Origin: Chryseolinea sp.
Lineage (GTDB): Bacteria > Bacteroidota > Bacteroidia > Cytophagales > Cyclobacteriaceae
Reading direction: 5' to 3'
DNA: 40,572 nt
Assembly (NCBI GenBank): GCA_036374515.1
Contig: DASUTP010000482.1
Span: 1 to 40,572 of the forward strand
Made by a program: the position numbers and the translations under genes. The notes below the pieces were generated by a model. It searched no databases, was not told the DNA's origin, and saw only the letters and a program-made list of their open reading frames with translations. Position 1 is the first letter of the stretch. Each line of letters begins with the position of its first letter. Shown one piece after another: positions 1 through 10,633 of the stretch.

Positions 1-241
1 CGATACTGTGCCCCTGGTCGATAATCTGGTTGAAAACCTTCGGGTGTTTGGTGATATTTTCGCCTATACAAAAAAAAGTTGCATGGGCACGGAATTTCTG
101 CAGTGTCTCGAGCACGAATTCGGTGGGACCGTTGACCGGCCCATCGTCGAAAGTCAGGTAGAGTGTTTTGGTCTCCGATGGCATTCTCCACGTAAGCGAC
201 GGATACAACAATGGCAGGACAAAAGGAGTCCGATGAATCAT
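1..241 (-). CDS. Polysaccharide deacetylase (NodB/CE4 family), 3' part runs off the window
   Basis: Not in the ORF track. Manual translation of the reverse strand from ATG at 241 gives MIHRTPFVLPLLYPSLTWRMPSETKTLYLTFDDGP...HATFFCIGENITKHP...QGHSI, with the CE4 TFDDGP and ATFF motifs. Confidence 0.9.
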   Translation of the reverse strand, partial: MIHRTPFVLPLLYPSLTWRMPSETKTLYLTFDDGPVNGPTEFVLETLQKFRAHATFFCIGENITKHPKVFNQIIDQGHSI

Positions 242-271
242 TATTTAACCTTTAAAATCCTGCCTTCGGAC

Positions 272-1495
272 TCAATATCCAACGCGGCATGAAAGAATCG
301 TGATATCGTCATGATAACTGTTGCGTCCCTTGAATGTGTCCAGGGCGACAATGATATCCTGATGAATGTCCTTTAAACCCTTGGTAAATGTTTCCTCTTT
401 ATTAAAATACTCCAGCAATCTGTCAAATCCGAATTCCTGCTCTGATTCATTGACTGTTTCAGTGAGGCCATCGGTGAAACAAAAAAGCAAAAAATCATCA
501 AGATTCGTGATGAAGCCTTCATTCAAAAAAGGAAGCGGGTGCATCGCACCCAAAACGGTTGAGCCGTCCTCCAATAACCGGATCCCATTTTTTCTATCGA
601 TTAATATAGGTGGATTGTGGCCCGCATTTACGTACACCATGGTCTTCAACCGGATGTCATAGATGGCTGCGAAAAATGTGATGAATTTTTCGCCTTTCGT
701 ATTTTCCAGGACCTGGAAATTCAATGCTTCAACGATGTCGGTAAGGTTCGGTGTCTGGCGAAGCAATGTTCGCAGGGATGCCTGAAAGTTCGACATCATC
801 AACGCTGCCGGTATACCTTTACCACTAACATCCGCGACACAAATCAAAAATTGGTTTTTGTTGATCGGAATGTAATCGTAGTAATCACCGCCAACCATAT
901 CGTGCGGCAAATAGCTGGCTTCTACTTTAAGGACATCGGTATCAGGTAATTTATCCGGAAAAAGAAACTGCTGAACATCGCTGGCAATTTCAAGTTCTTT
1001 ACGAAATGATTCCTGCTGCAGTTGTTTACGAACGAGCTTTTTGTTTTCGATTGCAACGATGATGATATTGCTCAATGCCTGGATAAATTTTATTCCGTCA
1101 TCATCGTGATAGTCATCCCTTTCCAAACCACCTACGAAAGCGAGCGCCAGCGTGTTCCCTTTATGCGCTACAGGAATAATAATATCGAAAACCGTAAAGT
1201 CACAAGCTTCAAATTCCTTAAGATGCGTAATGTCCTGAATGGTCTTGAATGCCGGCAACAAATGGGCCTTGTTAAAATGTTTTTTTGTTCCAAAGCTGAC
1301 TTTGCAATTCCAGTCGTCGTCGAGTACGAAAAGCGCTAATTTCTGAATATTGAGATTTGAGCGTAGGGTGAAATTATAAATTTTATAAAGGGATTCCTCA
1401 GGTAAGTTATTGTTAATAGCCTGCGTGATTTCAAGCAAGGCATTTAATTCCAGCTCCTTGATTTCAAATTTGGCTTTAAGGGTTTGTTCGGTCAT
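272..1495 (-). CDS. PP2C/SpoIIE (RsbU-like) Ser/Thr phosphatase with N-terminal GAF-like region
   Basis: Motifs VGGDYYD, VADVSGKG, NAGHNPP, FTDGLTE and DDITI. Start moved from 1531 to ATG 1495 (MTEQ) because a -7-like box TAACTTTA lies 6 nt upstream of it. Confidence 0.88.
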   Translation of the reverse strand: MTEQTLKAKFEIKELELNALLEITQAINNNLPEESLYKIYNFTLRSNLNIQKLALFVLDDDWNCKVSFGTKKHFNKAHLLPAFKTIQDITHLKEFEACDFTVFDIIIPVAHKGNTLALAFVGGLERDDYHDDDGIKFIQALSNIIIVAIENKKLVRKQLQQESFRKELEIASDVQQFLFPDKLPDTDVLKVEASYLPHDMVGGDYYDYIPINKNQFLICVADVSGKGIPAALMMSNFQASLRTLLRQTPNLTDIVEALNFQVLENTKGEKFITFFAAIYDIRLKTMVYVNAGHNPPILIDRKNGIRLLEDGSTVLGAMHPLPFLNEGFITNLDDFLLFCFTDGLTETVNESEQEFGFDRLLEYFNKEETFTKGLKDIHQDIIVALDTFKGRNSYHDDITILSCRVGY

Positions 1496-1592
1496 ATACC
1501 GTAAAGTTAAACATGGATTAAATGGATTCATTGAATTGCGGAGAATTTTTATCCCCTAAATACAAAACCTCTACTGACCCAGCGGCATCACC

Positions 1593-2720
1593 TCAACTTT
1601 TTGACCTGCTGACCGTAAGCGAATTAAGTCTTCGACCCTTCCATTCGAAGGAAGTAAATGAAGATATGACGCCAATCCAAATCGCGTAGACAGGATAGAA
1701 AATTTGAAGAAAAACAAATGCACTCCAGTTCCACTTAACTTTTACAAAGTCAGCAACTTTTTTCAAAAAAATCCACTCGATGATGAACTTGAAAAGAAAC
1801 AATATCGTTACACCAGGATCAATAACGCTCGACACCAGCGCGACTGGCATCGACAGCACTGACAGCTGAAAGCAAAAAATAAAAATAGCCAGCACAGCAT
1901 TCCACGAGAACGGTGCATGTCTCCATTTCCCCGCCCAGCGAACACGTTGGTGCGTAAATTCTTTCAACGAACGCATGGCGTTTGTCGCGACCACTGAACT
2001 ATTGTCGTTAACGAAGTGAATTCCATCCGGATGCGACTCGAAAATCTTTCGCATCAAAAACTCGTCGTCCCCGGAAGGTATATTTATATTGTTAGCATAT
2101 CCCCCAACTTCAAAAAAAGTCGTCTTTCGAAAGGCCAGATTGGCACCATTGCACATGGATGGCGCTTTAAACCATAACGTGGCAGCCGCCGTTCCCACCA
2201 AACTTAGGAATTCGTGGGCCTGCAGCGCAGAAAAGAAAGAAGCGCCTTCGAGCTTCACAGCACCAAATACCATTTGAGTCTGATCATTCTTAAAATATTT
2301 AGCGATGCTCCGAAGCCAATGCTGGCCTACGCGACAATCTCCGTCAGTCGTTACAATAATCTCCCCCCGGCTGGCATTTATTCCTGTCGTCAATGCCTTT
2401 TTTTTTCCTTCACCCTGGCTTGAAATCAAGGCAACACTCGGATGCTGTCGCGTAAAATTTGAAACGATCTCCTTTGTCTCATCACGCGAATGGTCATTGA
2501 CAACAATCACCTCAAAGTTTGCATGGGATTGGTTGATAATATCTCCCAACAAAGCGGCGATGTTTGAGCCTTCATCCCGCACAGGGATGACGACAGAGAT
2601 CATTATCTCGGGACAATCAGCCGTCGGACCAATTCTCGCAATAGTTCTATGCCACCCACCTGTTAGCACGACGACCGAAACGAGGTACGCAAAAAAAAGT
2701 AAGATAAAAATCGATGTCAT
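1593..2720 (-). CDS. Family 2 glycosyltransferase with membrane segments
   Basis: [24 protein letters not shown] (DxD), GDD and QRVRW (QxxRW) motifs; hydrophobic N- and C-termini. Confidence 0.9.
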   Translation of the reverse strand: MTSIFILLFFAYLVSVVVLTGGWHRTIARIGPTADCPEIMISVVIPVRDEGSNIAALLGDIINQSHANFEVIVVNDHSRDETKEIVSNFTRQHPSVALISSQGEGKKKALTTGINASRGEIIVTTDGDCRVGQHWLRSIAKYFKNDQTQMVFGAVKLEGASFFSALQAHEFLSLVGTAAATLWFKAPSMCNGANLAFRKTTFFEVGGYANNINIPSGDDEFLMRKIFESHPDGIHFVNDNSSVVATNAMRSLKEFTHQRVRWAGKWRHAPFSWNAVLAIFIFCFQLSVLSMPVALVSSVIDPGVTILFLFKFIIEWIFLKKVADFVKVKWNWSAFVFLQIFYPVYAIWIGVISSFTSFEWKGRRLNSLTVSRSKS

Positions 2721-2766
2721 ACCATTGCAATTTCGATTATTTACAAACGCTGCCTATCTTGAAGCC

Positions 2767-3333
2767 GTGGGGAAAATCATAAAAGAGCGAATCATTCTCG
2801 GCCTCGATCCGGGTACCAATGTAATGGGTTATGGGGTGATCCTGGTGCGAAAACCTAAAATTGATCTTTTACAGTTCGGGGTTATCCAATTAAACAAATA
2901 TGAAAGTCATGAACTTCGCCTGAAAAAGATTTTCGAACGCGTTCTGAGTCTGATCGATGATTTTCATCCCGATGAAGTCGCGTTAGAAGCTCCTTTCTTC
3001 GGAAAAAACGTTCAATCGATGCTAAAGTTGGGCCGGGCACAAGGCGTTGCAATGTCCGCTGCACTTTCACGCGAAATTCCCATTGTCGAGTACGCTCCAA
3101 AACGTGTAAAACAATCGGTGACCGGGAACGGCAACGCATCCAAAGAACAGGTAGCCAGGATGTTAATGACCCTTTTTACAATCAAGGAACTTCCGAAGCT
3201 TCTGGACGCCACCGACGCGCTGGCGGTCGCCGTCTGCCACCACTTTCAAAAGGCCGATATCAAGGGCAAGACCAAATCATGGGAAGCATTCTTGAGGGAC
3301 AATCCTGCGCGAATAAAAATCGCAGCGAAATAA
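2767..3333 (+). CDS. ruvC: Holliday junction resolvase RuvC
   Basis: [32 protein letters not shown] and DATDALAVA motifs. The track ORF from 2305 overlaps the GT2 antisense; the real start is probably GTG 2767. Confidence 0.95.
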   Translation: MGKIIKERIILGLDPGTNVMGYGVILVRKPKIDLLQFGVIQLNKYESHELRLKKIFERVLSLIDDFHPDEVALEAPFFGKNVQSMLKLGRAQGVAMSAALSREIPIVEYAPKRVKQSVTGNGNASKEQVARMLMTLFTIKELPKLLDATDALAVAVCHHFQKADIKGKTKSWEAFLRDNPARIKIAAK

Positions 3334-3338
3334 GGACC

Positions 3339-4484
3339 ATGAAAAGAGTTTTGGTGCTTGTCCTAAGCAATCTCAAACACGACGCCCGCGTCAGGCGTCA
3401 AATTTTCGCCATTAAAGACACCTATAAAACAAGTGTTGTATGCTTCGGCGGCGATGCGTCGCCGGATTACGATCTGAAGGTGATCAAGCCTACGAACCTG
3501 ACATTCTTCCGCAAAGCTGTTGCTTCGATTTTCTTGCTTTTAAAATTCCATAAAATCGCCCATAGAATTCTGCATGATTATTCTGCGGTCATCAAAACCT
3601 TTCCCAATCCCCAATTCGATCTCATCATTGCTAATGACGTCGAAACATTACCTCTCGCCTTTCAATTTCCCGGGAAACCAAAAGTCATTTTTGACGCACA
3701 CGAATATGCCCCGCGGCATTTTGAGGACAAAAAAATGTGGCGGATTTTTTTTCAGGATTTCAATACCTGGCTTTGCAGAAAATATATTCCGAAAGTCCAT
3801 GGTATGACGACCGTAGGCAAAGGGCTGGCCTCTGAATATGAAAGAAATTTTCATGTCAGCCCCACCGTTATCACCAACGCAAATAACTACTTCAATGTCC
3901 AGCCTGGAAAAACCGAAAAGGATAAGATCAGATTGGTCCATCATGGAATAGCAACGCCTTCCCGTAAACTGGAGCTCATGTTCGACATGATGACCCTGCT
4001 GGACGACCGATTTACGCTCGACCTTATTTTGCTCACGCCAGGCTTTGCATCCAGCAACACGCGGCGATATCTGGATGAACTGCGCTCGAGGGCAAATCAA
4101 GATTCAAGAATAAAAATCATTCCACCCGTTAAAAGCAATGAGGTTGTCGATGCCATCCGGCGCTATGACATGGGTATCTTTTTATTGCCACCGGTTAATT
4201 TTAATTATGAAAATACGTTACCCAATAAGCTTTTCGATTTTATCCAGGCCCGCCTCGGTGTCGCGATCGGTCCGACGCCTGAAATGGCAGAAATCGTAAA
4301 CAATTACAAGATAGGGGTCGTGTCCGAAAACTTTACACCACAAAGTTTAGCGGCAAAACTCATCACGCTCACCCAAGCGGATATAGAAACGTTTAAACAC
4401 AACGCCAATCGCGCCGCCGCAGACCTCAACGCCGAAGTCAACGCCGAAAAAATAAAAGCCATGATCTCCGGGATCCTGAATTAA
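3339..4484 (+). CDS. GT4-like (GT-B) glycosyltransferase
   Basis: DARVRRQ, IIANDVETLP, FDAHEY and LPNKLFDFIQA motifs; ATG at 3339 just after the ruvC stop. Confidence 0.8.
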   Translation: MKRVLVLVLSNLKHDARVRRQIFAIKDTYKTSVVCFGGDASPDYDLKVIKPTNLTFFRKAVASIFLLLKFHKIAHRILHDYSAVIKTFPNPQFDLIIANDVETLPLAFQFPGKPKVIFDAHEYAPRHFEDKKMWRIFFQDFNTWLCRKYIPKVHGMTTVGKGLASEYERNFHVSPTVITNANNYFNVQPGKTEKDKIRLVHHGIATPSRKLELMFDMMTLLDDRFTLDLILLTPGFASSNTRRYLDELRSRANQDSRIKIIPPVKSNEVVDAIRRYDMGIFLLPPVNFNYENTLPNKLFDFIQARLGVAIGPTPEMAEIVNNYKIGVVSENFTPQSLAAKLITLTQADIETFKHNANRAAADLNAEVNAEKIKAMISGILN

Positions 4485-4486
4485 AT

Positions 4487-5566
4487 TCAGGCAAACAGCC
4501 GCTGATATGCTTCCAACAGGCGATCATGTGAAAGCAGATTCATGACGCGTTCCTTATTTGAAAGTTGAAGTTTGACATCATCCGATCTAAGGCTTTCTAT
4601 CAACCGCCACTTCAATCCCGCAGCATCAAGGTCGGGGAGTGAAATATTCTTTGAATTAAAATAGACGGGTTTCCCCATGTACATCATCATCAAAATGTTT
4701 CCGTAACCCTGGGGTCGGATGGTATTCATAATCAGCCCGTCAGCCTCTGATAAGAGATTCAGATACTCCTCGAATGCCATATACCTGTCGATAAAAGTGA
4801 TTTTCCCGTGACTGAACTTTAACTTTTCTTTAAGGAAGGAGATATATCTTTTATCGCCGTAGGAAACGGGAATTATAAGATCAGCTGCCACGCGATTATC
4901 TTCCAACACTTTTACCGCATCGAGGTGGTTATTTGTGGGAGATCCGGAATTGCCCAGGATCAATGACGGTCTTGAGGAATCTTCCGTTGGCTTTAACAGA
5001 AGATCCAGTTTACCATAGGAAAATTGATTTTCATAAAAGAAAAACTTATGAGCTGCGCTTAATGGCAGGCGGTTGGTTGCAAAATTATATTCATTGGTCA
5101 TCCACGTGAGTATATTTTTTACTTTACCGTATGCCTTTTGTTGAAATGGGCTTTGTGTGACTCTTACCTTCAGATTATACAGGACGGTTTGGGCGGACCA
5201 ATCTTTACGCACATATTCGTTCCAGGTCTTCGGCTCATAGCACACGCGATCCAATGCGGGTAGGTTATACAAATCACCACCCCAAATCATCCAGCTTATC
5301 TCCCTGAACTTATTTTTCGCGATCCATCGATACAATAAAGGCGTTAGATAATGGATAAAGACTTTTTCATAATCCATTGTGTTGCCGACAAATGCAGAAA
5401 AGCGAGGCGAATACAATGGCGCGTATGGCAGGTGGTGTTTTACAGACCTAAGAGACGGTTCGTTCGACCTGACGACGATCTTATTATTTTCAAGCAACCT
5501 CAACTCTTGCAGGTTGTCACAGAACTTATTGATAAATGAATTATCCGGGACAATATGCAGGTTCAT
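4487..5566 (-). CDS. WecF/RffT-like TDP-4-acetamido-6-deoxyhexose transferase (GT56-like)
   Basis: WGGDLY, ILGNSGSPTNNHLDA, PVSYG and RPQGYGN resemble the WecF GNSG..N.H, P.GY and RQQG.G motifs. Confidence 0.75.
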   Translation of the reverse strand: MNLHIVPDNSFINKFCDNLQELRLLENNKIVVRSNEPSLRSVKHHLPYAPLYSPRFSAFVGNTMDYEKVFIHYLTPLLYRWIAKNKFREISWMIWGGDLYNLPALDRVCYEPKTWNEYVRKDWSAQTVLYNLKVRVTQSPFQQKAYGKVKNILTWMTNEYNFATNRLPLSAAHKFFFYENQFSYGKLDLLLKPTEDSSRPSLILGNSGSPTNNHLDAVKVLEDNRVAADLIIPVSYGDKRYISFLKEKLKFSHGKITFIDRYMAFEEYLNLLSEADGLIMNTIRPQGYGNILMMMYMGKPVYFNSKNISLPDLDAAGLKWRLIESLRSDDVKLQLSNKERVMNLLSHDRLLEAYQRLFA

Positions 5567-5614
5567 GGTCTACACATTGGCCGGGAAAATTCCAACACAG
5601 CGATCGCCCATAGC

Positions 5615-6697
5615 TCAGTTATTTTGAACGCGGAGGATAATCCTGAAAATCATATCGATCTCTTCGGTGGTAAGCGTGTCGAAAAGCGGCAGGCAAAGTG
5701 CCCGCTTAGCGACAAAGTCCACAGTCTCACATCGCGCCTTCTGATGAACATATGGTAAATCCTCCAGCGATGGAAAGAAATATCTCCTGGGATGAATCCA
5801 GTTTTGATTCAAGGTGTCAACCACCTTCTCCAATAATTTTTCTTCCTCAAAAATAACTGGGTAATACGCATAATTATAGGTCACTCCTGACGCAACCTTG
5901 GGTTTATGTCCCTGAAAATTGGTAAGAAACTTGTCATAATGGGCGGACAACTTTCTACGGATGTCGATGATCTGATCAACATATTTCAAATTAACCAGGC
6001 CCATGGCCGCATGGAATTCGGAGTTTTTTCCATTTATACCTAATTCTGCAAAACGCTCAGGGCCGTCGTGGCCGAAGTTACGGAGATAGGCCATCCTTTT
6101 CAGAAGGTCCGGATCTTTTGTTACCACAGCACCTCCTTCTACGGTATGATAGAGTTTTGTAGCGTGAAAACTACAAGTGGTTATATCTCCATATTCAAAA
6201 ATAGAGCGGCCGTTCAGCTTCACACCAAAAGCATGTGCGCCGTCGTAAATAACTTTTAGATTTTTCTTTTTAGCAATTTCATCGATCGCCAATACATCGC
6301 AAGGGTTTCCATAAACGTGTGTCGCCAGGATCGCGCAGGTTTCTGGCTCTATCGCCGCTTCGATTTTTGTTGGATCGATGTTACACGTGTCGGGATCGAT
6401 GTCCACGAACACCGGTTCACATCCTTCCCACACGATGCTGCTGGTGGTTGCAACGTATGAAAAGGGGGTGGTTATGATCTTTCCTTTCAGACCTAATGCC
6501 TTTATGGCAAGTTGCAAGGCGATTGTGCCATTGGTTACGAACAGCAGATGTTTGATATTCAGATATTCTTTTAACGCCAACTCTAATTCGTTCACCAGCG
6601 GTCCGTTGTTTGTTAACCAATTACGGTTCCAGATACCCTGCAGGTATTTTTCGTACTCTTGGATCGGTGGCAGGAAAGGCTTCGTAACCGGTATCAT
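5615..6697 (-). CDS. DegT/DnrJ/EryC1/StrS PLP aminotransferase, VioA-like
   Basis: NGTIAL, YDGAHAFG, SFHATK (PLP lysine) and GINGKNSE motifs. Confidence 0.9.
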   Translation of the reverse strand: MIPVTKPFLPPIQEYEKYLQGIWNRNWLTNNGPLVNELELALKEYLNIKHLLFVTNGTIALQLAIKALGLKGKIITTPFSYVATTSSIVWEGCEPVFVDIDPDTCNIDPTKIEAAIEPETCAILATHVYGNPCDVLAIDEIAKKKNLKVIYDGAHAFGVKLNGRSIFEYGDITTCSFHATKLYHTVEGGAVVTKDPDLLKRMAYLRNFGHDGPERFAELGINGKNSEFHAAMGLVNLKYVDQIIDIRRKLSAHYDKFLTNFQGHKPKVASGVTYNYAYYPVIFEEEKLLEKVVDTLNQNWIHPRRYFFPSLEDLPYVHQKARCETVDFVAKRALCLPLFDTLTTEEIDMIFRIILRVQNN

Positions 6698-6746
6698 TTA
6701 AGTGTGCAGGTAAGACTAATCATAGCGCAATGTTACAAATTTTAGT

Positions 6747-8189
6747 TCATCGGGATTGAAAAGGATTGATTAACTGAATTTCGTTCCGGTAGGCCCACCA
6801 CAGAAGCCCTGCACAACTTAGCAAATAAACGAGGTGTGTCGCGTAGGGATAACTTTTTCCCCACAGCGGCTCTATCAGCAGGATCAAAAGAAACAGCGCC
6901 AGGGGAGCCCCCACCACCTTGAAGAAATTGAAGCGGAATCTAAACATGTTTCCAATACTGTTCCTCAGCAAAACGATTTCGAGAGCGGCGCTGAACAACG
7001 AGGCAGCAATCACACCAAATACACCAAAGGATGGCATAAGCAAAATCATGAGAATAATTTTACAACCAGCGACCACAGCGTACACGATGGGCAAAGGCTT
7101 CGTGTATTTCAATATTCCATACGGAACTGTAAAATAAAGTCTCATGGTGCGGAAAAAATATATTGTCGCCAAATATGGCAGATAGGGAATGCTTGCCTGG
7201 TAGGATGGCTTGTACACGAATGCTTCGATTGCCCATGGAAGCAGAAACACGCCGATACAAACCGTGCACATGATGACGGCCGTGAGCCCATGGTAATATC
7301 GATTAATAGAAGGCGTCGACTGCTTCTCAGGGCTTTCCATGACGGCGCCGACAACTTTAGGATAGAAGGAATTGTGCAATCCGTTCATCAGCAGTTCAAG
7401 GGCGATCAAACATTGCGTCGCAAAAACGTAAACCCCGACGTCTCCCAATGACAAAACAAAAAGCATGACGATCCTGTCGAAATAATTGATGATCCACTGA
7501 AGTATCTGGTAGATAAAAGTGTAAGTATTAAAACCGAAGGACGATCTAAGCCAGGCAAAGTCGTATTGGAATCCGAATTCCTGGAAAATTCTTGCCATAA
7601 CCCAAATTCCGGCAATTAATGCGGCTAACAACCTACCGACTATGGGCCCCATGAGCGAATTAGGATAAAGCTCAAGTCCAATGACCGTGAAGGATGCAAT
7701 CATGGTGAACGATAAAACATTTGACCAAAAGAATGTCTCCGGTTTCTCACGACTTTGCAACAAGCTGCTGTATACCTTGAACAAAGCTTGAAATACGCCG
7801 GCACCTACCGATGCAAGACCATAGGGAAAAAAGGAAATGTTTTTTTCAGGCAAGACGAGCTTGAACATGATGTCGCCCAAAATAGTGAATAGCAGTGCCA
7901 GGATTATTCCAATGATCACCATAAAAATAAAGGCCGAACTCACGAATACAGAGAGCTTTTTAAAGTCATTCTTAAACTCGTGGAAATGAATGTAAAGCGA
8001 GGTGTCAAAGCTAAAGGTGACGAAGATTTGAATGAGCAGGGAAAATGAAAGGTAAATGGTTAACGCGCCGTAAGTTTCCGTCGACAGGTGGTGAATATAG
8101 AGTGGAAGTAAAATCAGGGCGCTGGCCATAGGCAACGCCCCGGCCAGGGTATAAATAACTGAGGTCTTAATAAAATTCTTACTAATCAA
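6747..8189 (-). CDS. Wzx-type oligosaccharide flippase
   Basis: 480 aa with many hydrophobic helices, LPLY..LS...YG N-terminus and DR...L....VGVY motif; lies inside a glycan locus; TTG start. Confidence 0.85.
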   Translation of the reverse strand: MISKNFIKTSVIYTLAGALPMASALILLPLYIHHLSTETYGALTIYLSFSLLIQIFVTFSFDTSLYIHFHEFKNDFKKLSVFVSSAFIFMVIIGIILALLFTILGDIMFKLVLPEKNISFFPYGLASVGAGVFQALFKVYSSLLQSREKPETFFWSNVLSFTMIASFTVIGLELYPNSLMGPIVGRLLAALIAGIWVMARIFQEFGFQYDFAWLRSSFGFNTYTFIYQILQWIINYFDRIVMLFVLSLGDVGVYVFATQCLIALELLMNGLHNSFYPKVVGAVMESPEKQSTPSINRYYHGLTAVIMCTVCIGVFLLPWAIEAFVYKPSYQASIPYLPYLATIYFFRTMRLYFTVPYGILKYTKPLPIVYAVVAGCKIILMILLMPSFGVFGVIAASLFSAALEIVLLRNSIGNMFRFRFNFFKVVGAPLALFLLILLIEPLWGKSYPYATHLVYLLSCAGLLWWAYRNEIQLINPFQSR

Positions 8190-8231
8190 CCTTTACGGAT
8201 TCAGACTGCAATTAAAGTCATTTTACATCGA

Positions 8232-9524
8232 TCAGAATAATTCTGTCAACTTCTTTGTGATATTTCTCCTGGAATACATCTGCACACCATTGGCCTGAAT
8301 TCTTAGCGTACCCGTTTCCCATTGGGAAAAATGTTCCAACACTTTCTGCTTAAGCTTCTCCTCATCAAGTCCCTCAATCATTTCCCCTGCCCCCGCTGAC
8401 GTCAACAGTCTTGCTGCATCACCATCGGCAGGCCCCGTACCGACAACAGGCAATCCAGTTGCAAGGTATTCAAACAATTTTCCCGGCATGTAACCCCCGG
8501 CGTCTTTGTACCCCGTAAGAATCAAAAGCAACAGTGACGACCTTCCATACATTGAGATGAGCACATCGTGCGGGACTGAGGGTGTAAAGGTCGTTACCGT
8601 GGAAAGCTCCGATGAAGCCGACACGAACTCCCGGAAATCTGAATGCACCTCTCCTACAAAATCAATTTGCAGCTTTGATGTAAAATCGGGATTTGATCTC
8701 ATCAAATTTTGCATAGCGATCATAAACGGCCGTGGATCGCATTTCTCATTTACGATACCGACGTGACGAATGGTGAATTTTTCAGTCGATTGAATCTTCA
8801 ACGTCTTAAAATCCTCTTCGTCAAATCCATTGGTCAGCAATACTACTTTGCGTTGAGCAAGCGCTTCAAACCTCCGAACATAAAATGGCGTGATCGTGAT
8901 GATCTTGTCTGCCTGCGCAAGAACTTTTGCTTCCATTCTTCGGTGCAGCTTTCGAACCGGCCCGCTAACGTTCAGGCTGTCTAACAACCCCCACTCGCTC
9001 CATGGGTCGCGAAAATCTGCCAGCCAGCGTAACCCTGGGTTTTTCTTCTTTAGCTTATATCCGATCAAATGAAGGCTGTGCGGCGGCCCCGTTGTGATGA
9101 TCGTTCCTATGCCATTCTCTTTTAAAAAATCATCGAGAAATTTCACTGAAGGCCTTACCCAAAAAACACGGGGATCGGGAATAAAAAAATTGGCGCGGAC
9201 AAAAGTGCTTATTCTTTGAAAAAGCGATCGGTTCTTTGTAGAGACAAAGTCGGTAGGCCTTGTCGATGCTTGTCCCATGGCGCCGGATAGCTTTGTAAAA
9301 GATTCATAAGGCTCCCAGATGGGAAAACGAATTATTTCGGCTTCGATGGGAATATCCTTCAATAATGATTCATCACGGATTGCAAACGAAGGATTTTCCG
9401 GGGTAAACACATAAGGCTCCCATCCAAACTGAGGGAGGTATTTTACAAATTTTAGCCAGCGCTGAACGCCGCTCCCACCGCTCGGAGGCCAATAATATGC
9501 GATGACCAATACCTTTTTACTCAT
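8232..9524 (-). CDS. Family 4 glycosyltransferase
   Basis: YYWPPSGGSGVQRWLKF, TGPPHS, ADFRDPW and PGKLFEYLA motifs. Confidence 0.9.
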   Translation of the reverse strand: MSKKVLVIAYYWPPSGGSGVQRWLKFVKYLPQFGWEPYVFTPENPSFAIRDESLLKDIPIEAEIIRFPIWEPYESFTKLSGAMGQASTRPTDFVSTKNRSLFQRISTFVRANFFIPDPRVFWVRPSVKFLDDFLKENGIGTIITTGPPHSLHLIGYKLKKKNPGLRWLADFRDPWSEWGLLDSLNVSGPVRKLHRRMEAKVLAQADKIITITPFYVRRFEALAQRKVVLLTNGFDEEDFKTLKIQSTEKFTIRHVGIVNEKCDPRPFMIAMQNLMRSNPDFTSKLQIDFVGEVHSDFREFVSASSELSTVTTFTPSVPHDVLISMYGRSSLLLLILTGYKDAGGYMPGKLFEYLATGLPVVGTGPADGDAARLLTSAGAGEMIEGLDEEKLKQKVLEHFSQWETGTLRIQANGVQMYSRRNITKKLTELF

Positions 9525-10465
9525 TGTTCAACTGTCGTAGGGTTCGTTGTGTCACCACTTTTCAATAGCCTGACAAACTCCATGATTTTTTCGATGTCAC
9601 GACCAGAAAACCAATTCATTTCGGCATCGCGTTTAAACCATGTCAGTTGCCGTTTGGCGTATCGTCTGGAGTTTCGCTTCAATAATCGAATTGCCTCGTC
9701 CAGTTCATACTTTCCATCCATAAAATCAAAAATTTCCTGGTATCCGACGGTCTGCAACGCCCGGCGGTTCTTGTACTGATACAGTTTTTTTGCTTCATCA
9801 AACAGTCCTTGCCGAATCATCGAATCCATGCGATCGTCAATCCGGCGGTAAAGTTCTTCCCGCGGAAGCTCCAATCCAATTTTAACAATAGAGAAAGCGT
9901 GGGTGATCTTATTTCGTGTCCGGAACGCGGAGATGGACTTGCCGGTCGACAATCTGACCTCCAGCGCCCTGATAAGGCGATGGGGATTTTTCTGATCGAT
10001 CTGTTGAAAGTGATCGTTGTCCAGTTGCTGCATCCGTTCCTGAAGCCATTGTACCCCATGCTGTTCGTATTGATGCACCAACTGCTCCCGCAAGCCAGGC
10101 GAAACCTCCGGAATATCATCAAACCCATCACATACTGCTTGTATGTAAAGTCCTGAACCTCCACATAATATCAGTACATCATGCTGCTCAAATAACCTTG
10201 ATATTAAAGCAAGGGCATCACGGCCATATTGCGCTGCATCGTAGTCATCTTTGATGGAATGCGTGTTAACAAAGTGATGGCGAACCTGGGCCAATTCCTC
10301 TTCCGAAGGTTTGGCGGTGCCAATGGTCAGCTCTTTGAAAATCTGACGGGAATCCGCAGAAACAACGTCCGTGCGAAAAGCCTGGGCTATTTTTATCGCG
10401 ACACCCGTTTTACCCACTGCCGTTGGGCCTGCAACAACAAGCAACGTTTTATCTCCCTTTTTCAA
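9521..10465 (-). CDS. miaA: tRNA (adenosine-37-N6)-dimethylallyltransferase
   Basis: GPTAVGKT P-loop, SADSRQ, IGTAKP, GGSGLY and RRYAKRQLTWF motifs. Start is uncertain; TTG 10465 preferred over the track start 10591. Its stop overlaps the GT4 start (ATGA, 9521-9524). Confidence 0.95.
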   Translation of the reverse strand: MKKGDKTLLVVAGPTAVGKTGVAIKIAQAFRTDVVSADSRQIFKELTIGTAKPSEEELAQVRHHFVNTHSIKDDYDAAQYGRDALALISRLFEQHDVLILCGGSGLYIQAVCDGFDDIPEVSPGLREQLVHQYEQHGVQWLQERMQQLDNDHFQQIDQKNPHRLIRALEVRLSTGKSISAFRTRNKITHAFSIVKIGLELPREELYRRIDDRMDSMIRQGLFDEAKKLYQYKNRRALQTVGYQEIFDFMDGKYELDEAIRLLKRNSRRYAKRQLTWFKRDAEMNWFSGRDIEKIMEFVRLLKSGDTTNPTTVEQ

Positions 10466-10633
10466 GCCTGGCAAGATAGTTAAAAAGCTGTGAGCGTAAT
10501 GCTTGCGGGCAGCATCTTGCTGCCGGCGCGAAAAAACTTTCTCATGTCCATTTTGCTCAAAATGGACATGCTCCTTAATCGTCAAAGACACTTAATTTTT
10601 CTTATCTTTCGGCCAATAATATTAAGAACAAGC

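Noticed and set aside
8-292. 94-aa plus-strand ORF
   Set aside because: It is the antisense shadow of the polysaccharide deacetylase on the minus strand.
2305-2766. 154-aa N-terminal extension of RuvC
   Set aside because: It is antisense to the GT2 gene; RuvC homology begins only near 2767.
6834-7451. 205-aa plus-strand ORF
   Set aside because: It is antisense to Wzx and has no recognisable features.
10466-10633. Overlapping N-terminal extensions of miaA and the divergent small gene
   Set aside because: Both extensions lack family-like sequence; the region is better read as a divergent promoter interval.
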